Assembly (NCBI GenBank): GCA_945861765.1
Contig: CAMAWP010000002.1
Location: 585 to 64,584 of the forward strand
Direction of reading: 5' to 3'
Length of the DNA: 64,000 nt
DNA from: Akkermansia muciniphila
GTDB taxonomy: Bacteria; Verrucomicrobiota; Verrucomicrobiia; Limisphaerales; SIBE01
Both the position numbers and the translations under genes were made by a program. Positions 10,901 to 18,183 of the stretch are shown piece by piece. Positions within the stretch are counted from its first letter, which is position 1, and the number at the start of each line of letters is the position of its first letter. The notes below the pieces were generated by a model, which was given only the letters and a program-made list of their open reading frames with translations, ran no database searches and was not told the DNA's origin.

Positions 10901-11021
10901 GAAACCCGGGGATTATATGCTGACTCTCCAAGCGGGGCTTAAGCTCAACAGCCAGGATTTGAAAGTCGATCAACTGATTGCATTGAAAGTAAGCGCGGTT
11001 GAAAAGACGGCCAACAAGTAG
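7986..11021 (+). CDS. secreted protein with two PPC (pre-peptidase C-terminal)-like domains and an Ala/Lys/Glu-rich coiled-coil-like insert
   Basis: ATG 7986 overlaps the TGA of the preceding CDS (TGATG). Signal-like CIFLLLVLGVTFSAMAQ. There are two EPND...D.Y.F...G segments (EKEPNDSASTPNEVQLG..., EQQPNDTPASAQKISVP...). It is a clear paralogue of 18184..20328. Confidence 0.75.
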   Translation: MMNSHCDVSIHWTNVERAQLSCLRPGPSVLPKLLCIFLLLVLGVTFSAMAQLPVARLSTIFPPGGKIGTSVEVRLSGLDLDDVAQLHFSRPGITAKPKMIDGASTPDPNRFLITIASDVSPGVCEVRAVGRFGISNPRAFVVGDLLEYVEKEPNDSASTPNEVQLGTVVNGTVESSTADYFKFTAKKAQRILIECLAKEIDSRMDPVLVLYDSDGHELERNRRGGLLDFVAKSDGGFIVKVYDFLYRGGDDYFYRLAIGNGPHIDFIFPPAGLSGSKAKYFLFGRNLPGSSPVPDLAIDGKPLEQLAVEIEMPDDAAAQYKLSSGSLIRPADSVLDGVDYRLTTRRGVSNPVLISFATAPVVVEQQPNDTPASAQKISVPCEYVGQYYPKGDQDWVIFEAKKGEVYWIEVFSQRLGLPSDPFVLVQRVKKNDKGEEEGSDLQELYDSDLNIGGADYNTATRDPAWRFDVKEDGTYRVQSRDLFNRSQSNPSLVYRLSIRKEMPDFRLVVMAQPPPPPTKDKKEAFVWTPFLRRGETMMMKVLAFRRDNFNGDIQLSVEGLPPGVTAAETKIEANKTSASLFLTASEGAAVWVGPIKVIGKAKMGDSDVVREARGGSINWTVADYTNEPVQSRMTRDFMLAISGKESAPISLEAAENKVWETSLAGKLKIPINLVRRGEFKDAVKLKAAGIAVLDPVKEIDVNGNTNTATLELDLTQVKVPVGAHTFYLQAQTKGKYRSLTPDEMKVVETFAKTADESAKQFEKEASELTASAKQATDALAAATKAAQEAGAREKAATEKLASAKTAAEATPAAESLVAARTAAEKESTEASAQSKTLAGAKSAAAKAAAEASDKAKNADAKKEAALKQANAAKEASKKAQPKDLNVATYSVPINLKITAAPINLSATTPSVPLAQGAKIEIPVTIKRLYEFNDPVELTLVAPKDANGLSGAKVTIPKDQSQAKFVVEAKADVKPGDYMLTLQAGLKLNSQDLKVDQLIALKVSAVEKTANK

Positions 11022-11041
11022 CTTGAGACCAATGCTCGCTC

Positions 11042-13540
11042 ATGTTTAAGGTATTAAGAATCCTTTCGCTCATCCTGGGCTTCCTCCTGCAAAATGATCT
11101 GTCGGTAAGTTGCTCCTCGGCTGCTCCGGCACAGGTGACCCTGCTGAGCGTTGATCCGCCAGAGGTGGTTTTGACCAGCGCGGATCAAACGGTTCAATTA
11201 GTTGTCACTCTGCAGATGAGCGATGGAGGTTTGCGAGACGTAACTCATTCCGCTGAGTATTCGACGTCAGAAATTGATCGCAAATCACCAACCCGCTCCG
11301 CGATCGAGGTCGTGAAAGGTCGCGTGACGCCTCAAGGTGACGGAGAGGTTTCTGTGTGCGCCAGTGTATTTGATCCGGTTCAGAACAAAAAGGTGACTGG
11401 TTTCGCGAAAGTGACCGTCCGTGATTATAGTCAGGAGCGTAGCCTGAATTTTGCCAATGACATCGTTCCACTGCTGACCAAGAACGGATGTAACTCGGGA
11501 GGTTGCCATGGCAAAGCTAGCGGCCAAAACGGATTCCACCTCTCGTTGCTCGGTTTCGAGCCCGACTTCGATTACGACGCCTTGGTGAGAGAGGGGCGTG
11601 GTAGGCGCGTTTTCCCCGCGGCCCCGGATCAATCGCTGCTACTGCGGAAAGCCTCGGGGCAAATCCCTCATGGTGGAGGTCAACGTCTCGACATGCACTC
11701 GGATGCTTATCGCTTGTTGCGGCGTTGGATTGTGCAGGGTATGCCAAAAGGCAGCATCAACGATCCCAAAGTGGTACGCATCGAAGTGTTTCCTCGTGAG
11801 CGTATCCTTCAAGGGGGTGACCTGCAACAACTCCGCGTCGTGGCATATCATTCCGATGGCTCCCTTCAAGACATCACTCGACAAGCGGAGTATAAGAGTC
11901 AACAACCTGACATCCTTAAGGTGGACACCGAAGGAGAGATGAGCAGCCTCGAACGGACTGGCGAAGGTGCGGTGATGATTCGGTACATGGGCTTGGTTGA
12001 TGTCGCGCGAGTGACCGTGCCATCCAATCAAAGCCTGCCCCTCGACGCTTATGCGCATTTCGAGCCGAAGGATTTCATCGATGTGCTGGTGATGCAGAAG
12101 TGGCGCAAGCTCGGCATTGCACCGAGTCCGGCTTGCAGCGATGAAGAGTTTATTCGGCGCGCTTTCTTGGACGCGATTGGGACTTTGCCGACGCCGGAGG
12201 AAGTCCGTCAATTCCTCGCTGATCATTCGCCTGGTCGGCGAGAGAAGTTGGTCGATCAGATTTTGGAACGTAGCGAGTATGCCTCGTATTGGGCAAACAG
12301 TTGGGGGGATCTCCTGCGTAACAAGAGGCGCTATGGTGACGGCTACAAACGGGGAACTTTTGCTTTTGCCGCCTGGATCAAGAACGCCTTTGCGCAGAAT
12401 ATGCCCTACGATCAGTTCGTGAGGGCTATCCTAACAGCGCAAGGCAATGTGAGCGACAACCCTCCTGTCGTTTGGTATCGGGAAGTCCGCAATCAGGTTC
12501 ATCAAGTCAACGATACGAGCCAGCTTTTCCTCGGGACCCGAGTGGCATGTGCGAATTGTCATCACCACCCGTACGAGCGGTGGAGTCAGGATGATTACTG
12601 GGGTTTCGCCGCGTTCTACGCCAGGCTTGGCAATAAGCAAGGCGAGGTGGCCAATGAACAGGCTATCTTTGTGAAAAAGGAGGGCGAAACGCGTCAGCCT
12701 CGTTCTCACAAAGTGGTAAAGCCAAAGGGGCTTGGTGGACCCGAATACGATTACGTTCGCGGCGAAGATCCTCGGCAAAAACTCGCGGAATGGATGACCG
12801 CGCCAGACAACCCGTACTTCTCCAAGGCTATCGTCAACCGAATCTGGGCTCACTTCATGGGCGTCGGATTGGTCGAGGCGGTGGACGATCTGCGGACTAC
12901 GAATCCACCGAGCAACCCCCAGTTGCTTGATGCGCTGGCGAAGGATTTTATCGATCATAAATTCGATCTGAAGCAGCTCATCAGGACGATTATGTTGTCG
13001 CGGGCTTATTCCCTCTGTTCAATCCCCACGCCGTACAACGCGACGGATCGCCAGAATTACTCTCGCTACACTCCCAAACGGTTATCCGCGGAGGCGCTGC
13101 TCGATGCCATTGGCGCGGTGACAGGGTCGATGGAGAAATTCAACGGCTTTCCCATGGGAACTCGGGCTCTGGAACTTCCTGACGAAGCAGTCAACAATTA
13201 CTTTTTGGATGTCTTTGGCCGATCGCAGCGCGAAACTCCATGCGAATGCGAACGAAGTTATGCTCCGAATTTGGCGCAAATTCTTCACTTGATGAACTCT
13301 CCGGAAATCCAGTCGAAGATCGCCCACGAAAAGGGTTGCGTCTCGCAGTTGCTCAAATCCGATAAATCGAACAATCAGATTGTCGAAGAACTGTATCTGC
13401 GCGCCTTTGCCCGATTTCCTAGGCCCGATGAATTCAAGGATGCGGTGGCTCTGGTCGCTTCAGCCAAGGATCGCAAGGGCGCTTTGGAAGACTTTGAGTG
13501 GACTTTGTTGAATGCGAAGGAATTCTTATTCAATCACTGA
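11042..13540 (+). CDS. DUF1549/DUF1553 (PSCyt/PSD-type) protein with Ig-like segments
   Basis: 832-aa ORF with a signal-like N-terminus. Motifs: GCNSGGCHGK, IRRAFLDAIGTLPTPEE, ACANCHHHPYERW, TPCECERS. It ends in EFLFNH like 4002..6554. Confidence 0.9.
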   Translation: MFKVLRILSLILGFLLQNDLSVSCSSAAPAQVTLLSVDPPEVVLTSADQTVQLVVTLQMSDGGLRDVTHSAEYSTSEIDRKSPTRSAIEVVKGRVTPQGDGEVSVCASVFDPVQNKKVTGFAKVTVRDYSQERSLNFANDIVPLLTKNGCNSGGCHGKASGQNGFHLSLLGFEPDFDYDALVREGRGRRVFPAAPDQSLLLRKASGQIPHGGGQRLDMHSDAYRLLRRWIVQGMPKGSINDPKVVRIEVFPRERILQGGDLQQLRVVAYHSDGSLQDITRQAEYKSQQPDILKVDTEGEMSSLERTGEGAVMIRYMGLVDVARVTVPSNQSLPLDAYAHFEPKDFIDVLVMQKWRKLGIAPSPACSDEEFIRRAFLDAIGTLPTPEEVRQFLADHSPGRREKLVDQILERSEYASYWANSWGDLLRNKRRYGDGYKRGTFAFAAWIKNAFAQNMPYDQFVRAILTAQGNVSDNPPVVWYREVRNQVHQVNDTSQLFLGTRVACANCHHHPYERWSQDDYWGFAAFYARLGNKQGEVANEQAIFVKKEGETRQPRSHKVVKPKGLGGPEYDYVRGEDPRQKLAEWMTAPDNPYFSKAIVNRIWAHFMGVGLVEAVDDLRTTNPPSNPQLLDALAKDFIDHKFDLKQLIRTIMLSRAYSLCSIPTPYNATDRQNYSRYTPKRLSAEALLDAIGAVTGSMEKFNGFPMGTRALELPDEAVNNYFLDVFGRSQRETPCECERSYAPNLAQILHLMNSPEIQSKIAHEKGCVSQLLKSDKSNNQIVEELYLRAFARFPRPDEFKDAVALVASAKDRKGALEDFEWTLLNAKEFLFNH

Positions 13541-13568
13541 GGCGAATGAATCAACCCGGAGTGAAGTT

Positions 13569-14897
13569 ATGATGATTGACGTGGCAAGCGGGACCTACGG
13601 TTGCTGTGATGGAATAACGAGGCGAAGCTTTCTTAAGGCGGGAGCCTTGATGTTTGGCGGGATGACGCTCAGCGGCTTGCTCCGACGCCAAGCAGTTGCG
13701 GCCGCCGCGGGTGAGCCTACCAAAGATTTAAGCGTTATTCTGGTCTGGCAGGGAGGCGGGCCAAGCCATCTCGATATGTGGGATCTCAAGCCGCAAGCGC
13801 CCGCTGAATTCCGCGGAATCTTCAATCCGATCCCGAGCAACCTCGGTGGCTACGAAGTTTGCGAGTTGATGCCGAACATCGCGAAGATTTGCGACAAGCT
13901 GACGATATTGCGCTCCGTCACCCACAACGATGGCGGACACGAATCAGCCAGTCATTTCTTGCTGACCGGCTACGAACCGACGAACGATATACCGTCGAAT
14001 GAAGTGCCCAGCTACGGCAGCATCGTGGCGAAGGAATTGGGAGCGCGTCGCTCAGGTTTCCCGGCTTATGTGGCGTTGCCAACAGCGCCGCGGAGTTCTG
14101 CCGCTGCTTACCTGGGTGTTGGCAATAATCCATTTGAAACCCAAGGCGACCCTAACAGCGACAAGTTCAACGTTCGTAATCTGAAAGCGCCTGCCAATAT
14201 TTCCGTGGACCGTTTGCAAAACCGGCACGCGATGCTGAAACGCTTTGATACACTTCGACGCGATATTGATGCCTCCGGTGTGATCGGCGGAATGGACGCC
14301 TTTTCGCAGCAAGCTTTCGATTTGGTGACTTCTCCAAGAGTTCAAGACGCGTTCGATCTCAGCAAGGAAGACAAAAAAATTCGCGAGAGCTACGGTCGAA
14401 ACACCTGGGGCCAATCGACTCTGCTGGCTCGCCGGCTCGTTGAGGCGGGGGTTCGGTTTGTGACCGTGAATCAGGGAGGGTGGGACACTCACAACAACAA
14501 TTTTGAAGAACTGAAAAGAAACAAGTTGCCTAACTTCGACCAGAGCTTTGCCGCGTTGATCGAGGATTTGCATCAACGTGGCCAGCTCGAACGCACCTTG
14601 GTGCTGGTCTGGGGTGAGTTTGGCCGGACCCCGCGGATCAACAACACAGCGGGTCGCGATCACTGGCCGAATGTGTTCACTGTGGTGATGGCTGGCGGAG
14701 GGCTTAAACAGGGAATCGTTTTGGGTGAAAGCGACGCGCGCGCCGAGTTTCCAAAGGAACGTCCGATTTCGCCGCAAGATGTGCTGGCGACGATGTATCA
14801 CCAACTTGGCATCAATCGCGAAAAATCGTACCGAAACGATGCCGACCGCCCGGTTGAAATTCTGAATTACGGCAAACCGATTCAGGAGATTATCTAG
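13569..14897 (+). CDS. DUF1501-family protein with Tat-type signal
   Basis: The tracked ORF 13512..14897 overlaps the upstream stop. The in-frame ATG at 13569 lies 28 nt after that stop. Motifs: [57 protein letters not shown]. Confidence 0.88.
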   Translation: MMIDVASGTYGCCDGITRRSFLKAGALMFGGMTLSGLLRRQAVAAAAGEPTKDLSVILVWQGGGPSHLDMWDLKPQAPAEFRGIFNPIPSNLGGYEVCELMPNIAKICDKLTILRSVTHNDGGHESASHFLLTGYEPTNDIPSNEVPSYGSIVAKELGARRSGFPAYVALPTAPRSSAAAYLGVGNNPFETQGDPNSDKFNVRNLKAPANISVDRLQNRHAMLKRFDTLRRDIDASGVIGGMDAFSQQAFDLVTSPRVQDAFDLSKEDKKIRESYGRNTWGQSTLLARRLVEAGVRFVTVNQGGWDTHNNNFEELKRNKLPNFDQSFAALIEDLHQRGQLERTLVLVWGEFGRTPRINNTAGRDHWPNVFTVVMAGGGLKQGIVLGESDARAEFPKERPISPQDVLATMYHQLGINREKSYRNDADRPVEILNYGKPIQEII

Positions 14898-14987
14898 CGT
14901 TATATCTGCCGTGATGTTTTTAAAAATGACTTGAGCACCGGCTGATCTCAAACCGCTGAAAACGCAGAAGCGGAGCAGCAGGGTAGC

Positions 14988-15740
14988 ATGGAATACCACC
15001 TTACAGGCATCGTCAGTGTTGTCGTCTTTCTCCTCTGTTTAGTTGGCATTTTCAGCCAACTCAAACTGATCTGGTATCGCAAGAGTTTGGGTGCCGAAGG
15101 AAAACTCGTGGGTGAACGGGCGACTGACCTCCTATCCCTCAATCAGTTTGCCAGCAGCTTCCTCGCGTTCTATGCGTTCTTTGTCTATGGATTCATGATC
15201 GAGCGGTTCAACCACTACTTGGTTTGGCCTCGTTTGTTGGCAACTTTGCTGACATTGGCCATCCTCTACGAAATCATGAGCGATCGCCGGGAACTTAGCG
15301 CTGTCGTGGTTTTTGTTGCTTGTCTCGCGGCGACTGTTCTTGCCGTCATCGCGCTTGCCACTCGTCCGAAGCTTCCGTTAGGAGGGCGATTCTTTTCACA
15401 AGCGCTTGTCACGTTTTCGGCTTTGATGGTTTCGCAGGGATACACGCACCAGATTGTTCTGATCCGCCGGACCGGGAAAACCGGAGGCGTTTCTCTCCGT
15501 ATGCACCAACTGACCCTTCTCAAAGATGTCAGCACTCTGATGCTGGGGGTGGCCATGGGTTTCAAGACTGGATGGCCCTTGTTATTGACCAATGGAGCGT
15601 GTGCCCTCACCAAGTTGGGGATCATCTGGCACTTCCGCTGGGCGCGCCTCAGTGCGGTGGCCCAACAGCGACGAGGCAGTATGGAGGTGCCGGTTTACGC
15701 GGGCGCGGCGGTCTCTTCCGCTGAGATGCCGGGCGGTTAA
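14988..15740 (+). CDS. integral membrane protein, seven hydrophobic segments (possible PQ-loop/SWEET-like 3+1+3 layout)
   Basis: 250-aa ORF with seven hydrophobic stretches. Helices 1 and 5 are each followed by a similar Q-containing basic segment (IFSQLKLIWYRKS and GYTHQIVLIRRTGKTGG). The family assignment is tentative. Confidence 0.6.
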   Translation: MEYHLTGIVSVVVFLLCLVGIFSQLKLIWYRKSLGAEGKLVGERATDLLSLNQFASSFLAFYAFFVYGFMIERFNHYLVWPRLLATLLTLAILYEIMSDRRELSAVVVFVACLAATVLAVIALATRPKLPLGGRFFSQALVTFSALMVSQGYTHQIVLIRRTGKTGGVSLRMHQLTLLKDVSTLMLGVAMGFKTGWPLLLTNGACALTKLGIIWHFRWARLSAVAQQRRGSMEVPVYAGAAVSSAEMPGG

Positions 15741-15758
15741 ACTTTTGTGCTGTCTGGG

Positions 15759-16439
15759 TCAGGGGAAGAACTCTGTCCCTCGCCAGATCTCGAACCAGCC
15801 CGTGTCCGAGTTCATCTCAACGAAAGCGTATTGTTTCGCTGTCTTGCCGCCGCCAATTTCGATCTCGCGCCAGTAGTCCCAGTATTCGAGCTTTTCGGAA
15901 GTCACTTTGCCGGGCGGCGCTTTGCCGTCCTCGGTCGTGCCGGTTATGACCATGACCGCGGCATCATACGGATCCTTGAGATCGTTGATGCGCGAGTAAG
16001 TTTCGACCGTTCCCGACTCGTTATCTCTTACTTCGAAGATGCCTGTGGTGTCTTTAAGAACTTCAAGAAATCCGGGATCAAATGCGAGTTCGTCGTAGAT
16101 GCGAAGCAGTAACGCATCCTGGGCACCTGCGAGGTTTGGCACAAGGCGCAGGCGAACGGTGACGGAGTCCTCCGGATTGAATGTCTTGGCATTGGTCCCG
16201 TCCAGGACGTAATCGGTAAAGCCGAAATCCTTGCCGCCAATCTGACGCACGTACTCCCGGATTTCTTTCACAGAAAATGTGAACCCCTCGAACTCAGGTC
16301 CGTTCACCTTTGAAACGAGGACAGGTGTGTTGATCCTGAGATCGAGCGGATTTAGAAACGGGACATCCGATCCGTTCTTGCTCAACCGATCTTTGACCAT
16401 CTCCCAAATTGTTTTCCCTCTCGCAGGCGCTTCTGACAT
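15759..16439 (-). CDS. DUF4178-like protein
   Basis: The tracked ORF 15759..16514 was trimmed to ATG 16439, one nt after the upstream DUF350 stop. The C-terminal EYWDYWREIEIGG...YAFVEMNSDTGWFEIW resembles DUF4178. Adjacency to a DUF350 gene is typical for that family. Confidence 0.6.
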   Translation of the reverse strand: MSEAPARGKTIWEMVKDRLSKNGSDVPFLNPLDLRINTPVLVSKVNGPEFEGFTFSVKEIREYVRQIGGKDFGFTDYVLDGTNAKTFNPEDSVTVRLRLVPNLAGAQDALLLRIYDELAFDPGFLEVLKDTTGIFEVRDNESGTVETYSRINDLKDPYDAAVMVITGTTEDGKAPPGKVTSEKLEYWDYWREIEIGGGKTAKQYAFVEMNSDTGWFEIWRGTEFFP

Positions 16440-16440
16440 A

Positions 16441-16680
16441 TCAAGCTCCAAGGATGGCTGAGACGACGCTGGCAATAACGTGGCAGATGCCAAGGATGAA
16501 ACTCCCGATGACAATGGCCACCGCGACGTTGCCGGACTTAAGCGTCTCGTCGAATGGCAGTTTCGGGGTCAGTTTGTCAAAGACCTTATAGCCTATGACG
16601 ACAAGGAGAATCGTGAGGATTCCAAAAGCAACGGTGGCTGTGATGTCGCCTAGGAAATATTCGGGTAGGTGCATGTTCAT
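16441..16680 (-). CDS. DUF350-family small membrane protein (YjfL-like)
   Basis: The tracked ORF 16441..16761 was trimmed to ATG 16680 (MNMHLPEYFLGD...). It has hydrophobic segments and KVFDKLTPKLPFDETLKSGNVAVAIVIGSFILG, typical of DUF350. Confidence 0.7.
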   Translation of the reverse strand: MNMHLPEYFLGDITATVAFGILTILLVVIGYKVFDKLTPKLPFDETLKSGNVAVAIVIGSFILGICHVIASVVSAILGA

Positions 16681-16706
16681 TGTTTTTTGTTTTGAGGTGG
16701 AGTGGG

Positions 16707-17846
16707 TTACGGTGAGGCCGTTTGCCAGCGTTTGTAATAGACGAGCCAAACGAGAAAGCAAATCCCGCCGGCAGCAGTGGGAACCATGATGAGCCAGAAG
16801 AAGAACGTCCCCGATTTGGTGGCTCGATTGCTGTAAGCGCGGCTGGCTTCACGGTCTGTGTACATCAAGTCTGTGTCGAGGCCCGAAGGAACGTAATTCG
16901 GGTTCACCGGGGCACGCTGAGACTCGAGTTGCTGCACTCGCGCTACCAATGTGGCGTCGCTCTCCAGTAACGCTTGATACCTGGCTGCATCCATGCGGGA
17001 GCGATGGTTATAAGCCCACAGAGCTCTGTCCTCCAGCGAACGATCGAGCAACCACCACCAGAAAAAGCTGTTGTAAGGATCGTTGTAGATCACAACCGGG
17101 CGCGAGTAGTAGGGGCGGTAATAGTGTTCAATCCGAACCGGCCTGGTCCTGTAGGTCTGCGGATCGGGATTGATAATCGGCGGTCTCGGTGAATCTGAAT
17201 ACGACCTGCGCGTCGTCGTCGGGGCTGGAATGTCCGACGTCTGTTCCTTCTTCCATGTGGAAAATTCACGCTTGCTCACCGCCTTCCTTTGAGCGTCTGC
17301 GGCAGTCGTGTCAAAGGATATTGGCGGGGATTTGGAACCGCCAGGGCTGGGTTTGTCGGGAGGCGAGATGGAGCTAGAGCTTGGCTTCGGGCTCTCAAAA
17401 GTTTTTGCGCCAGACGAATAGGTGCGACCGGCACGGGAAGAATTCTCCGGCGACGCAGAAGTGGCGCTTGTTGGTTTGCTCTCGGCTTTTGCTCGGGAAT
17501 CTGAGCTGGGGCTTGTGAATGATTTCCCACCCGATGATCCTGACGAATAAGTTCGGCTTGAGTCCGACGGTGAACTCTTGGCGGGAGGAGGACTGCTCGG
17601 CGCGGACGATCCCGGCGAATAGGTTCGGCCAGAGCCGGAGCTGTAACTTTTTCCTGAACTGTAACTGCGGCTGCCGCTGCTGCTTCCACTGCTGGGACTG
17701 GAGCTGCTCCGGGAGGGGGACCTGCTACTCGAAGAGGATGAACTCCTCGACGAATAGCTTTTACCGCCACTGCTGTAGCTCTTCGCCTCAGAGAGGCTTG
17801 ATGTCAGCGCTATCGACAGCAAAAAAACAAAGGATTTCCGGAGCAT
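16707..17846 (-). CDS. Ser-rich low-complexity secreted/membrane-anchored protein
   Basis: 379-aa ORF. Signal-like MLRKSFVFLLSIALTSSLSEA. About 180 aa of degenerate S/Y/G/R/P repeats (KSYSSGG, RSYSSGKSYSSGSGRTYS, SRTYSSGSSGG, GRTYSSGAK). Trp/Tyr-rich C-terminal domain and a C-terminal TM (FFFWLIMVPTAAGGICFLVWLVYY). Confidence 0.7.
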   Translation of the reverse strand: MLRKSFVFLLSIALTSSLSEAKSYSSGGKSYSSRSSSSSSSRSPSRSSSSPSSGSSSGSRSYSSGKSYSSGSGRTYSPGSSAPSSPPPAKSSPSDSSRTYSSGSSGGKSFTSPSSDSRAKAESKPTSATSASPENSSRAGRTYSSGAKTFESPKPSSSSISPPDKPSPGGSKSPPISFDTTAADAQRKAVSKREFSTWKKEQTSDIPAPTTTRRSYSDSPRPPIINPDPQTYRTRPVRIEHYYRPYYSRPVVIYNDPYNSFFWWWLLDRSLEDRALWAYNHRSRMDAARYQALLESDATLVARVQQLESQRAPVNPNYVPSGLDTDLMYTDREASRAYSNRATKSGTFFFWLIMVPTAAGGICFLVWLVYYKRWQTASP

Positions 17847-18183
17847 TTGGGTCCTGTAATTGAGCTCACCTCAGCAGTGGACTGGAAAGGTCTTACATGC
17901 ATTTCGAATTGTAAGCCTGCTTCGCTTTTCATATCTTAATCCAACTGCCGCTTTGTGAACTGTGCGATCACGCTACTCAATTCTGCAACAACGAAAACTA
18001 TAAAAGCATACCGAATTTGGAATGACTAACCCATTGGCTTGGATATTTCGCGTTCTCGCTGGCCACGTGAGTGGAATGCGCGGCGGAAGGTCTGCGTGCG
18101 GCGCGTACAGAGTTCCGGATCGAGCTCGCTGCATGTCCGCAACGGGGATGCCTCGAAATAGCTCCGGCGTTCTGGCCGAGGCG

